This document shows, one piece after another, positions 8,456 through 18,362 of a DNA stretch of 64,000 nucleotides. Numbering within the stretch: the first letter of the stretch is position 1; every line of letters begins with the position of its first letter. Made by a program: the position numbers and the translations under genes. The notes beneath the pieces were generated by a model, which was given only the letters and a program-made list of their open reading frames with translations, searched no databases and had not been told where the DNA came from. The stretch is from positions 1 through 64,000 of IMG/VR virus record IMGVR_UViG_3300050025_000126; one strand, written 5' to 3'. The DNA is from a virus.

Positions 8456-11400
8456 TGGCTATAGACCCAATTGCCCTAAGAAACAAAATCCTGTGGTATC
8501 TTAATCAAGCCAACCACAACAACAACCAAATAACGAGCGACATGTGGCTCGCTGTGGCAAAAGCCCTGTCAGACATGTTTGGCGATGGCGCAGGAGACCA
8601 CAGAAATCTATCCCATCGTTCAGATCCAGACCAACACCCCGCGTCAGCTATTTCAGCCGATACCTCGACCTTTAACCACAACCTAAGCAACCTAGATATA
8701 AACGTCCAGCATGCGCTAGAAACGCTCGATGACCTTGTCCTAGGGGTAGACGACCACAAAGTAAAAGCAGACGCCCCAGACGGCTCCCCAGACTACCTAC
8801 AAGGCAAGATAAAGGATGGAGCACACATAGCTTGGACGATTGACACTACCGGGGGAATAAGGAAGCTAAGGGGGGATGTTACCTGGCCTACTATTCCTTC
8901 TGGTCCGACTGCATCATTAGAGATACCCTTACCCGATGGAGTAGGAGACCCAGGCGACACATCTAGCAATGAATATGCCGCCAAAAGACACGTTCACCCT
9001 GCTCTAACTCCAGCAGCCGCTGCATCTACTTTATACACTGCGCAAAAACTAGACCCTAATGACCATGGTCAAGTGGTTAGCGTATTTATCTCTTATACTT
9101 CATGTACTCCGTCTTTGTGGGCTGGCTGGACCGAGATATCCCCTGGGGTAATGCAAAAAAATACTACAGGATGGTTGTCTTCGGCTCAGTTTGACGGGAC
9201 AATGGTTATTCCTCCAGCTGGCTTGATTTCTGATCTAGTAGGCAAGACCGTATTGGCTTATGCTGGTCCAGGTGAATCAACCTATGACCAAGCATTGAGC
9301 GGTCCTTACGTTGTTGAAGATGCTGGGGGAAGTTGGGTGTGGACTCTTGATATCCCAACAAGCACTTACTATTGGTTGTATGTGCCTACTTATGCCAGAA
9401 TGCGTCGTGCTCCTGGATACGATGCAGCGGCTGGCTTTGTTCAAAACATGACCTTCCAGACTCAAACCGGAAATGTCTACGGCACCGGCTTCTTTACCCT
9501 TACTACACCTCAACCAATTACTTTAGATGTTACCCCTCTTGCTTGGACATTCACCCCAGGCCCTACATATCCTTGGGTCCTTACCAAAGAGCTTCTTACT
9601 AATAGTCAATTGGTTTCAGAAGGTGTTAGCAATGCTACCCTGTCGATATCTAAATCTATAGGAGGGTTAGGCAACGCTGCTTTTGATGGTTTTCCAACGT
9701 TAGTAGGGACGCCTGGATTGTCTAGTCTGCCTGCTGGACCTTGGAAGTTTGATTTTGAGGGTGTTTGGTTGGATGCAGATATCGGTGGCAGCACAGCCAT
9801 ATCAGTAGAGGCTTATCGAGTTTCTGGAACTAGTGGGACTCTGTTCACTACCCCTGGTACCATTATACACAACACCGTTGCTGCTCCGCTATCGATAATT
9901 TACAACGCTCCTTCTTTTGCTTGGTCTCCTACAGACCAATTAGTATTTATTGCTCACGTTCAAAATACTGTAGACACTGGATCTAGTCTGGTTACGGCTA
10001 ATTTTATTTACAACAGTGCATCAAGGCTCACTAGGGTTACCGTTCCTTTTGATATGGCCGGTGGAACAAGTGGAGACCACAGATTCTTATCTCATCGTAA
10101 TGACCCTAGTCAGCACTTAGCAACAGCTGTAGATACCGATACCGGTTCTTTTACTAATAACCTATCGGGCGCAGATACAACTGTCCAACACGCTTTAAAC
10201 ACTTTAGACGCTCTTACGTTTTCTTCGTCTTTGCCAGCTCCTTATTATTCTATTGGCGGCAAGGCTTCTATTGGTAATCCTAGTGGGGCTGTAGAGCTAT
10301 TTAACGTAGGTACAACTGGACAATTTACAGTTACGTCAGCTGGTGTTGTAGCCGCGCCTAATATCACTGCAACTCCAGGCGTTGCTAAGACACCTATTTC
10401 AGATGGTTCAGCGACATTGAATTCTTGGGTAACCAATGCTCCAGCTGGGTCAATCGTTACTTCTACAACAAATGTCACAATTGGTTCTACGGCTCCTAGT
10501 GGTATCGGACAGACTTTAGTAACGACTTCTACGACCAATGCAACTTGGCAAAGTATTGTATTAGCTTCTTCGGTCAGTGGAACGACCAATTACGTATCTA
10601 AATTTGTTTCTGCTTCGGCTATTGGTAATTCGCAGATTTTTGACGATGGTACACATGTAAGTATAGGTAATACATCTACCACCGCTTTATTAAACGTGGG
10701 TACAGCTGGCCAATTTACGGTTACATCAGCTGGCGTTGTAGGGGCAGCTAATATTACAGCTACTCCTTCTGCTACTAGAATTCCTATCTCGGATGTTTCT
10801 GGTACATTAAACAGTTGGGTTACCTCTGCCCCCGCTTCTTCGTTTGTGACCTCCACCACAAATGTTACAATTAGTTCTACAGCACCATCGGGAGCGAGCC
10901 AGGCTTTAGTAACTACCTCTACCACTAATGCAACATGGCAAGTCGTAGCCACGTTGTCTAGCTCTACCCCAAGCGCATTAGTCTATGGAGGGGCAGGTAA
11001 TGCTGGTTCTGGGACATCTGCATCAAAGTTTGACCACGTCCACCCACTCCCACAAATAACGCAATCCCAAATAATAACCGCCTTGGGCTCTATCGTCTCC
11101 CCTGGCACTTATACTAAAGTAACCGTTGATGCAGCTGGACTAGTTACTGTAGGCGGCTCAATATCTCTTATCGATGTGACTACAGCTCTAGGGTATACTC
11201 CTGTCTCTACCACTTCGGGCACTACCAATTTCTTGCCTAAGTATTACGCCGTTACTTCTCTTACTCCGTCTCAGGTTTCTGATGATGGCGTTACTATTAC
11301 AATGGGTACAGTTGCCAATGCCACGCTAAGGGTTAATGGCGGGACGGCGTCTATGTACATTGGGCAGTTGTCCGATAATACAGGATATTCCGGTCTGGCT

Positions 11401-12036
11401 GTTTCTTCTGGTATATCTACTTCTAATTTTTGTTTCGCTGCCGACGTAACTGCTGGAACTGTTGTAAATGCCAATGCAGGGAAGACGGTATTTTTCAACG
11501 TAGGGAACGTTAATTATGCTTCGGTTACTAATACTGGTATTGCCGCGTCAAATATTTCAGCTACTCCAGGAGCTGGTACTATACCTAAGGCAGATGGAAG
11601 TGCAACTCTTAATAGTTGGGTAACAGGCCGTGTGATATCGGCTGGGGCACAACAGTTTACTTCTGGTTTAATTGTAAATCCGGATAGCACTTGGCACGAT
11701 GTTGTTTCCACGTCTATTACATATGTAACAGGGGAGACAATTATCTTAGACGCATCTATTCAATTTAGTACCGTTTATTCTAATTCTTCGGTAGGAGTAA
11801 GTATTTGGATTTCTGCAAATGGTGGAGCTTATGTTTTTTATGGATTAAGCAATTTGTGTGTGTGCTCTACTTTAATTGGAGGGGGTTATTATGCTACAGG
11901 GTATGCTCATGCGATTTTAACAGGGGCAGCGCCAGGAACAATGAGCATTGTTGCTAGGGCGCTGTCTTATAACAATTCGGTTACGGTACCAGCTGGATCA
12001 AATTACGCCGAGCTTCGTATTCAAATAGTGAAATAA
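8455..12036 (+). CDS. tail fibre protein
   Basis: 1193 aa Thr/Ser/Gly-rich; HVHP motifs, GTYTKVTVDAAGLVT fibre repeat, SGTTNYVSKF…SQIFDDG repeats, internal duplications. Confidence 0.8.
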   Translation: MAIDPIALRNKILWYLNQANHNNNQITSDMWLAVAKALSDMFGDGAGDHRNLSHRSDPDQHPASAISADTSTFNHNLSNLDINVQHALETLDDLVLGVDDHKVKADAPDGSPDYLQGKIKDGAHIAWTIDTTGGIRKLRGDVTWPTIPSGPTASLEIPLPDGVGDPGDTSSNEYAAKRHVHPALTPAAAASTLYTAQKLDPNDHGQVVSVFISYTSCTPSLWAGWTEISPGVMQKNTTGWLSSAQFDGTMVIPPAGLISDLVGKTVLAYAGPGESTYDQALSGPYVVEDAGGSWVWTLDIPTSTYYWLYVPTYARMRRAPGYDAAAGFVQNMTFQTQTGNVYGTGFFTLTTPQPITLDVTPLAWTFTPGPTYPWVLTKELLTNSQLVSEGVSNATLSISKSIGGLGNAAFDGFPTLVGTPGLSSLPAGPWKFDFEGVWLDADIGGSTAISVEAYRVSGTSGTLFTTPGTIIHNTVAAPLSIIYNAPSFAWSPTDQLVFIAHVQNTVDTGSSLVTANFIYNSASRLTRVTVPFDMAGGTSGDHRFLSHRNDPSQHLATAVDTDTGSFTNNLSGADTTVQHALNTLDALTFSSSLPAPYYSIGGKASIGNPSGAVELFNVGTTGQFTVTSAGVVAAPNITATPGVAKTPISDGSATLNSWVTNAPAGSIVTSTTNVTIGSTAPSGIGQTLVTTSTTNATWQSIVLASSVSGTTNYVSKFVSASAIGNSQIFDDGTHVSIGNTSTTALLNVGTAGQFTVTSAGVVGAANITATPSATRIPISDVSGTLNSWVTSAPASSFVTSTTNVTISSTAPSGASQALVTTSTTNATWQVVATLSSSTPSALVYGGAGNAGSGTSASKFDHVHPLPQITQSQIITALGSIVSPGTYTKVTVDAAGLVTVGGSISLIDVTTALGYTPVSTTSGTTNFLPKYYAVTSLTPSQVSDDGVTITMGTVANATLRVNGGTASMYIGQLSDNTGYSGLAVSSGISTSNFCFAADVTAGTVVNANAGKTVFFNVGNVNYASVTNTGIAASNISATPGAGTIPKADGSATLNSWVTGRVISAGAQQFTSGLIVNPDSTWHDVVSTSITYVTGETIILDASIQFSTVYSNSSVGVSIWISANGGAYVFYGLSNLCVCSTLIGGGYYATGYAHAILTGAAPGTMSIVARALSYNNSVTVPAGSNYAELRIQIVK

Positions 12037-12039
12037 TCC

Positions 12040-12068
12040 TTGACTTTCTTCAAGGTCTATGGTATCAT
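12040..12068 (+). promoter_or_regulatory. sigma70-type promoter
   Basis: TTGACT-17-TATCAT with TG extension. Confidence 0.7.
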
Positions 12069-12089
12069 AAGGGTTTTGAAAGGATACGA

Positions 12090-12485
12090 ATGATCAAAGT
12101 AACTCTAAAACAGCTCAATTACGCAGTGACCACAAACGCCTGGGACGCTTTCCTAAACGCTAAGAAGCCTATTTCTGTCAAGCTGGCTAACAGGAAGATG
12201 CCTGAGGAAGTAACCGAGGCCCTACAAATGTTTAATGACGAGAAGCTTCGATTAGCCAGAGAGCTAGGCGTTGAAAACAAGGAAACGCAGCGTTACGAAC
12301 GTATTCCAGAGAACAAAGCGTTGTACGACAAAATTGCAGAGCTTGAACAGCAAACCGTAGACCTAACTGGCAATCCGGTAGATTTTAATGATTTGAAGGC
12401 TTTTGACCAAGAGACCAAGCAAGATGGTCCTTGGAATCCAGATGAAAGAGTGCTAGGCGCCTTAGAGTCTTTTATCAAGTTTTAA
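12090..12485 (+). CDS. hypothetical protein (resembles small helical proteins found after tail fibre genes)
   Basis: AAGGA RBS, 131 aa ORF. Confidence 0.6.
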   Translation: MIKVTLKQLNYAVTTNAWDAFLNAKKPISVKLANRKMPEEVTEALQMFNDEKLRLARELGVENKETQRYERIPENKALYDKIAELEQQTVDLTGNPVDFNDLKAFDQETKQDGPWNPDERVLGALESFIKF

Positions 12486-12765
12486 TTGTAATATACCATG
12501 CTTATCCGGTTGACGCACACCACTGAAACGATAGGAGAACAGTGATGGAGATAGCTCTTTGTATTGGGGTGGCTACTGTCGGAGTTGTAGCGCTTATGGT
12601 GTGTGCAGCCATGGCGCTTTGGCCAATAAAATCAACACCTCTTCCGCCTTTACCGTCTACGGGAGATCCATGGAAGGACGCTGCGCAGGAATGGGACCGC
12701 GCTGCTAAGTTGTGGCGCGAGGTTGGCTGAAATAGGCGTCAACCGGATAGGCATGTAATATACAA
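12486..12765. repeat. ~30-bp imperfect inverted repeats flanking a small ORF
   Basis: CATGCTTATCCGGTTGACGC (12497-12516) vs reverse complement of 12736-12755 = 19/20 identity; outer TTGTA/TACAA also match. Confidence 0.85.
12542..12730 (+). CDS. small single-pass membrane protein
   Basis: AGGAGA RBS; hydrophobic N-terminus, Pro-rich linker. Confidence 0.6.
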   Translation: MMEIALCIGVATVGVVALMVCAAMALWPIKSTPLPPLPSTGDPWKDAAQEWDRAAKLWREVG

Positions 12766-12803
12766 AACGTCGGTCTTTGTTGATAAGTACCGACGTTTTG
12801 TAT
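12760..12803. terminator. bidirectional hairpin terminator
   Basis: 15-bp perfect stem ATACAAAACGTCGGT/ACCGACGTTTTGTAT between convergent genes. Confidence 0.7.
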
Positions 12804-12807
12804 TGCG

Positions 12808-13338
12808 TTAATTACTTCTTTGTGTGTAGGCGACGGCGGAAAGTATTGTCTTCTGCAATACTCTGTGGAACAACTCGACGATAGACGGTCCTACCTTATT
12901 CCAGCCGCCATTATACTGCGTCTCGTCACCTTTCTTTACGGTTTCTCCCTCTTGGAGGAAACGGTATCGAGGAGCAGCTTTGATCTTGCGGCGGTAGGTA
13001 AAGCTCACGTGACCAGCGTTTTGACCTACGTAACAAGTAGACTCCCAGCCCCGCCGCCCCCAAAGCTCGTCTCCTTCTTTAAGAGTCTCGTCCTTAAGCA
13101 AATACCGATATCCTTCTGGTGGGGTAGCTGGTGCTCCACGGAAGATTTCGGGCTTGGCAATATAAACGGAGGTAGGGCGACTATACTTGGCATCAAAGTT
13201 GCCACTTGGGATACCGTGGTGGTCCTTACAGAATTCTTCGATCTCCGCAAGGAAGGGGTTAATTTTCCCTTCTCCCAGGGGAATGGTCCAGTAAAGGTCA
13301 AGAAACTTTTGGAACTCGGGAGTGAACTTTTGCGTCAT
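12808..13338 (-). CDS. RRK-module protein (2 modules; last one frameshifted near 12880)
   Basis: PEGYRYLLKDETLKEGDE…YRRKI and PRYRFLQEGETVKKGDE…; consensus ending FRRRL lies in another frame stopping at 12812. Confidence 0.75.
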   Translation of the reverse strand: MTQKFTPEFQKFLDLYWTIPLGEGKINPFLAEIEEFCKDHHGIPSGNFDAKYSRPTSVYIAKPEIFRGAPATPPEGYRYLLKDETLKEGDELWGRRGWESTCYVGQNAGHVSFTYRRKIKAAPRYRFLQEGETVKKGDETQYNGGWNKVGPSIVELFHRVLQKTILSAVAYTQRSN

Positions 13339-13365
13339 TTGTTTATCTCCTAATTGTTAAACCGT

Positions 13366-13403
13366 ATAATATCATTTTCCCAGGTTTTGTCAACATCAAT
13401 CTT
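13366..13403. promoter_or_regulatory. back-to-back early(-)/late(+) promoter junction
   Basis: Minus: TTGACA-16-TATTAT; plus: CAATCTT 6 nt before GTG 13410. Confidence 0.75.
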
Positions 13404-13409
13404 TAGAGG

Positions 13410-15971
13410 GTGGCGTCTCCTTCTACGAATGTAAGTATAGCTTCTAACGCAGCACCCAAAGGAACCTGGGAGGGAGCTACGCCCGTTGAAGGCCCGGTTA
13501 CAGTAGACCAAAATTTAAGACTTGCGTCAGACAATGAACAAGACATCTATGTAGAGGACAGCTTTTGGCCTAGGCCCAATTTGGACCCTACAAAGTGGGA
13601 CCGCCTGTGTCCATATCAGCTTTTAGTAGTCCAAGTCAAGAGAGATAAAACGTATTCTCCTTATAGGGATTGGCAATACACCCTCCCTCTCCCCCCGGAG
13701 TCAATGCAAATATCGACTCCTTTTGCTGTCCAGGGAACCGTGACGCTAGATGGCTATGTAGAAGAACATAACGCAGCGCCCATTAGACACATCGTGTTTA
13801 GAGGGACTACCGGTTTCTTGCCAGCCAGAGATACAGGCGCTTCTAGAGGTGGTACTGGTGCGTTAGGCAAATTAGAAGACCAAGTGACTTCTATCTTTGC
13901 TGGTACGGCTGGGGTCGATAGAGCTATTACCAATGGTGTCAAGCAAGCCTACAACTCAATTACTAATTCTTCCCCTCAAGCCTATAACGTACACCAAACA
14001 GCCGAATTCAATGTTACTACCCAAAATAACCTGTTAGTAAACACAACTGGCTTTGCCCAAATAGCCTTGTTGAGAGACTTCCTAGAATCCTATGTAGCCT
14101 TCAAAAAGAAGAACACCGAGATAGCTAAGACTCTTAGGCTGGCTGTTGCTATATGGAAAGACAATCAGGTCTTCCTAGTAACCCCTCTTTCGTTTGATGT
14201 ATCTAAAGACGCTTCTTCGCCATTGGAATACAAATACTCGTTGGCCTTCAAGGCTTTCAAGCGAATACAATTAGAAGCAGGTAACTTCCTAGACGAATCA
14301 CCTACACCTATCAGGCACTCTCCAAACCTAATTGCTAGAGCTATTAACACTCTTACCAACGCTAGAAGAGCTGTACAGGCTATTGGCACTCTTAACCAGG
14401 CTGTCTTAGGGGATATTGATTATATCTTCAAGCCTTTCCACGATACTATTCTTTTAGGCAAGGATATCCTTGGGGCTACTTTGTCTGTAGAAGATATTCC
14501 TTCAGCCGTTAAAGAGCGGGTCAAGGTAAATATTGTTAATCTCAAGTATGATTCTAATCAACTGTGGAATCAAATTAGCTCTGGTCAAACCTCAAAAGAT
14601 TCGGCTAACTCAGTCAAGACCTATGTATCTGCCAAGCTAAAGGATTTGCCTAGTGGTAGTCCTGATAACCGGTCATCTCAAAGTAACGCGGTTGGTAATA
14701 GGGGTAAGGTAGCTTTAAAGGACATTCCTAATGACTTAGCTAGTCAAATACCTTTGTCCGCCTTGGCCTTGTCTCCTGCAATTACTACCATTATCCTTAA
14801 TGACGTCAAAAGGGTCAGAACACTTAGACGCAAAGACTTTGAAGATTACGCTAATACAATTAGAAACACTGCTGACAAGATAGCTTTCCTTGTAGGAGCT
14901 GGCGACCCTACTTATGCCGAAACCTATGGCATCAATGTGGCTCCTATTAAATCAGAGCCTACTCAAAGCGATTGGGATAACCTCAACGCTTTAAATGACT
15001 CGATAGCTATTATGCAACAGTTTGCTGCTACAGCCGATGGAGAGCCTACCCAAGGCCCAACTTACCTAGAACAATTCGGCGGGCTTGCTGTGGCATCTGG
15101 GATAGCCTGGACGCAACCTGTATCTAAGTTTGCCATTCCATTCCCTTATGGTGGAACGTTGGAGAATTTGGCTTCTACGTATTTGAATGACCCCAATCGA
15201 TTTATGGAGATTGTGGCGTTGAACGGGTTGAGGACGCCTTATGTGGACGAGGTAGGGTATACGATTCCTTTGAATGTAAATGGAAACGGTAAGTCAATTA
15301 TAATACCGTTTAACGCAGATCTATATGTAGGCAAGACGGTTTGGCTTTCTTCTAATGCGTCAAATAGAAATCAGTACACCATCGAAAGTATTCAAACCGT
15401 CCAAGACGTTTCGACTATCAAATTGAATGATACGGTTGATTCCTACAAGACCGCCGACAATGCTCGCCTAGAAGCGTTCCTAAGCGGCACAGTTTGCTCT
15501 AGGAACCTCATTTGGATACCCTCGGATGTAGAACCCCTAGACCCTGAGTCGGTGGTCACAAAAGACATCCCAGGCGTAGACGTGACTGACCCAATGGTTT
15601 CGATTGGGGGAGTTGATTTGATGCTGGGGCCAGACTTGGATTTGGTGCTGGTGGATAATGAGTTGCGTTATAGCGTTGGGTTGGCTAATATTGTGCAGTG
15701 GGTTAGAAGCGTGTTGTCAATTGAAAAAGGCGAATTGCTCCAGCACAAAGACTTGGGCATGCCTCTATCGATTGGCATGTCTCTTGCAGACTTTAACGCC
15801 CAAGACGTCGTAACAGCAATTCGTAAGCAGCTATCCCAGGATTCAACCTTTAGCCGTATTGATAAAATCGTTGTTACTCAAAACGGCCCAGGAGTTAGCA
15901 TCGATATTTCAGCTTTGGTTAGCGGAACGTCTGTCCCCCTTCCTCTGTCATTTGGAATGAGACTATCGTGA
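13410..15971 (+). CDS. multidomain baseplate protein: tube-initiator-like + LysM-like + gp25/GPW-like
   Basis: N-term LPPESMQISTP…TLDGYVEEH…FRGTTG; GTLENLASTYLNDPNRFMEIVALNGL (LysM-like); C-term GLANIVQ…EKGELLQHKDLG…LSQD (gp25-like). Confidence 0.65.
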   Translation: MASPSTNVSIASNAAPKGTWEGATPVEGPVTVDQNLRLASDNEQDIYVEDSFWPRPNLDPTKWDRLCPYQLLVVQVKRDKTYSPYRDWQYTLPLPPESMQISTPFAVQGTVTLDGYVEEHNAAPIRHIVFRGTTGFLPARDTGASRGGTGALGKLEDQVTSIFAGTAGVDRAITNGVKQAYNSITNSSPQAYNVHQTAEFNVTTQNNLLVNTTGFAQIALLRDFLESYVAFKKKNTEIAKTLRLAVAIWKDNQVFLVTPLSFDVSKDASSPLEYKYSLAFKAFKRIQLEAGNFLDESPTPIRHSPNLIARAINTLTNARRAVQAIGTLNQAVLGDIDYIFKPFHDTILLGKDILGATLSVEDIPSAVKERVKVNIVNLKYDSNQLWNQISSGQTSKDSANSVKTYVSAKLKDLPSGSPDNRSSQSNAVGNRGKVALKDIPNDLASQIPLSALALSPAITTIILNDVKRVRTLRRKDFEDYANTIRNTADKIAFLVGAGDPTYAETYGINVAPIKSEPTQSDWDNLNALNDSIAIMQQFAATADGEPTQGPTYLEQFGGLAVASGIAWTQPVSKFAIPFPYGGTLENLASTYLNDPNRFMEIVALNGLRTPYVDEVGYTIPLNVNGNGKSIIIPFNADLYVGKTVWLSSNASNRNQYTIESIQTVQDVSTIKLNDTVDSYKTADNARLEAFLSGTVCSRNLIWIPSDVEPLDPESVVTKDIPGVDVTDPMVSIGGVDLMLGPDLDLVLVDNELRYSVGLANIVQWVRSVLSIEKGELLQHKDLGMPLSIGMSLADFNAQDVVTAIRKQLSQDSTFSRIDKIVVTQNGPGVSIDISALVSGTSVPLPLSFGMRLS

Positions 15972-16273
15972 TCTCTAAAACTTGCAGCAAGTGCCATTTC
16001 ACTAAGGATGTTGAAGATTTTTGTAACGACAAAAATAGAAAGGATGGGAAATACCCCCAATGTAGATCTTGCCGCAGCGATGGGTCTAAAAGTAGGAGCA
16101 AGAGCAATTCGGCAAGAGAGTTAATCACCGTACCCGTAGAGAAAAGATGCCCAAAGTGTAAATCCGTAAAAACCAGCGACCAGTTTGATAGATGTAGAAG
16201 CAAACCGGACGGACTCAAGGGCATCTGCAAGGTATGCTGTCGGGATTGGGTAAATTTAAAGACAATCCGTTAG
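15968..16273 (+). CDS. two Zn-ribbon repeats, truncated homing-endonuclease-like protein
   Basis: KTCSKC…CRSC and KRCPKC…CKVC; no nuclease domain. Confidence 0.6.
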   Translation: MISKTCSKCHFTKDVEDFCNDKNRKDGKYPQCRSCRSDGSKSRSKSNSARELITVPVEKRCPKCKSVKTSDQFDRCRSKPDGLKGICKVCCRDWVNLKTIR

Positions 16274-16312
16274 CCTTACAAGGAGTTATTAATTATTTAA
16301 AGAAGCACGACC

Positions 16313-17023
16313 CTACTTTGCTTTCCTGCGGAAGCGATAAGTTGGTTGCTCCTTGACCTTGTAGCCCTCAAAGCCGTCGTTTATAGCTATGTTAAACCAG
16401 CCCCTAGTTACAGAATCATAAGCTTGGTCTCCCTTGCGAACGACTTCATTGTTCTTCAAGGTGCGGTACTTGGGCTCTGGCTTCTTGACTGGTGGTGTTG
16501 TGATTAGACGGCGCCTGGACCTTTCAGCCCCCTGCTGTTGGTTGGTTGTTTTACCAACTTCAACAGACGGTCGCCATCCAAGGCCGGTAATTACTTCGTC
16601 GCCCTTTTCTACAACGTCTCCATCAACCAAGTAGTAATAATGCGGATCGTTAGCTCCTGGTATCTTTACATTTGGGTAGACTTCTTCCTTGGGCTCTTCG
16701 ACAAGGGCCAATTCATTAATCTGAAACATTCCAACCGTTGCGTCATCTGCGCTTGCATATTTAATTGCCTTCTTTACAATTGGGTCCGGGCGGTAGCAAA
16801 GGTTCTTGTGCCAGTGACCGGGGATGTCTTTACCTACTGAACAAACATGCAGCTCGGCATCGTCTTGAACTACAGTCTTCGCCTTTTTGTCTATATACAA
16901 ATAAAGGTCCGTTTCTTGAAGGATTTCTCCCGCCTTAAGAAACCTTCCTGGTGGCAAAACTTGCTTGTGCTTCTTTCCGTTGATGTCTGTGTATCGATGG
17001 TACTTCTTGGTTGCTTGCGTCAT
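16313..17023 (-). CDS. RRK-module protein (3 modules)
   Basis: LPPGRFLKAGE…YRP; YYYLVDGDVVEKGDE…RRRL; KYRTLKNNEVVRKGDQ…FRRK. Confidence 0.8.
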   Translation of the reverse strand: MTQATKKYHRYTDINGKKHKQVLPPGRFLKAGEILQETDLYLYIDKKAKTVVQDDAELHVCSVGKDIPGHWHKNLCYRPDPIVKKAIKYASADDATVGMFQINELALVEEPKEEVYPNVKIPGANDPHYYYLVDGDVVEKGDEVITGLGWRPSVEVGKTTNQQQGAERSRRRLITTPPVKKPEPKYRTLKNNEVVRKGDQAYDSVTRGWFNIAINDGFEGYKVKEQPTYRFRRKAK

Positions 17024-17304
17024 TAATATCTCCTCGGGTCATAAAGGGTTTCTCGAATCTTTAGATATGAAAGTCTACCACAACCTGGGCACGTATGGCA
17101 ATGAACTTCGCCTTGCTTTAGACAAATCATTGAAGGCGGGTTGTGGTCTGGATGGGAACAGGGGCGACAATCCCATTTAATGGGCTTTGGGTCAGAGGGT
17201 CCATCGGGTCTTGTGAAGGGGCCTTTTACACCATTAGCTATTTCTTCATACGAAGGCAGCTCTGGTACGCCATTCTTACCGTGGGTTTGCTTGAGTGGGT
17301 TCAT
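17023..17304 (-). CDS. hypothetical Cys/His-rich protein
   Basis: CSHPDHNPP…HTCPGCG; overlapping stop/start with neighbours. Confidence 0.6.
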   Translation of the reverse strand: MNPLKQTHGKNGVPELPSYEEIANGVKGPFTRPDGPSDPKPIKWDCRPCSHPDHNPPSMICLKQGEVHCHTCPGCGRLSYLKIRETLYDPRRY

Positions 17305-17543
17305 TGGTCTAAATACTCCTGCGAATAGTCTTTATTGGGAAAAACGAAATCTGCTAATTTTATCCAAAGGTTGACGATTTTAGTGTCATCTATCTTTATG
17401 TTTGGTCTTATAAAATCTGTGTCTATCCAGGAGATTATTACCACAGGGATAAGCGTCACCGCTAAGGCGCAAGCCCCTAAAACCTGTGCAACAAACTTAC
17501 TAACATATTTTAAGATACTTAGTGTTAATCTTCCGCGTTTCAT
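17301..17543 (-). CDS. small membrane protein
   Basis: One hydrophobic segment; ATGA overlap; AGGA RBS. Confidence 0.55.
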   Translation of the reverse strand: MKRGRLTLSILKYVSKFVAQVLGACALAVTLIPVVIISWIDTDFIRPNIKIDDTKIVNLWIKLADFVFPNKDYSQEYLDQ

Positions 17544-17552
17544 TTCGATATC

Positions 17553-18362
17553 CTACTTCATCTTCGACGCTACATCTACGAAGAAGCTCGTACCACCAAT
17601 AGGCTTAACCCATGCACGCAAGGCCCCTCCGAAGCAGCAGCCGCCGTCGCAAGCAATGGTATTGTTTAGAACCTGCGGCTGCCAGTAGACAGCGTGCCCA
17701 AAACACACCGTCCATCGTCCATCCCAATAGTGATACCAGGGATAAGAACCTTCCGGTACCCACCACACGTCGTCAATTTCTATGCTTTTTACTGGAGTAA
17801 GGCGATTATCCTTGACATTCCTGGTAAAGTATCTGTTGCGTATGAATGCGTTAACTTCTTGCTTGAACAAAGAAGGAGCCAGGCCTGCATGTAGACATAC
17901 CACGTCATAGGGTTCCTGGGTGCCTTCCTTTGTAAAATACACCGCATGAGGACAAGAAGCCATAAACTCCAGGCTTGAATGTGACAGCTGGTTGTAAGAT
18001 GGCGGGCAGCGCATGGGAATTTTGTAAGACGGGTCCAAAAGGTTCTTGAGAACGTGGTAGTGGTATCTTGTATGCTTAGAATCGTGGTTCCCGACGACGC
18101 AATACGTTGGACTAGTTGCAGCATATTCTTTAACGAATTGCACCACACCTTCAGGGTCTGGGCCGCGATCTACCAGGTCCCCAAGCAACACAACCGAATC
18201 GTCCATAGTAGGCTTTAACTTGTCCCAAAGCTCCTTAAGCTCCTCTAGACAGCCATGGACGTCCCCAATTGCAATTACCCTACCCTTAGGCATGGGCAAA
18301 TGCTTTACAATTACGGTTTTAGATGCTTTGAATTGGGTTGGGTCAGTCATGGGGTCTTTCAA
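17553..18362 (-). CDS. calcineurin-like metallophosphoesterase (PPP/ApaH-like)
   Basis: GDVHG, GDLVDRG, GNHD, HAG, FGH and DGGC motifs. Confidence 0.9.
   Translation of the reverse strand: MKDPMTDPTQFKASKTVIVKHLPMPKGRVIAIGDVHGCLEELKELWDKLKPTMDDSVVLLGDLVDRGPDPEGVVQFVKEYAATSPTYCVVGNHDSKHTRYHYHVLKNLLDPSYKIPMRCPPSYNQLSHSSLEFMASCPHAVYFTKEGTQEPYDVVCLHAGLAPSLFKQEVNAFIRNRYFTRNVKDNRLTPVKSIEIDDVWWVPEGSYPWYHYWDGRWTVCFGHAVYWQPQVLNNTIACDGGCCFGGALRAWVKPIGGTSFFVDVASKMK

Noticed and set aside
8455-12036. Diversity-generating retroelement acting on the tail fibre
   Set aside because: Internal repeats differ at all bases rather than adenine-specifically, and no reverse transcriptase is present in the window.
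12820-13353. Long + strand ORFs opposite RRK genes (also 2068-2382, 36570-37040)
   Set aside because: No RBS or recognisable motifs; explained as antisense frames of real genes.
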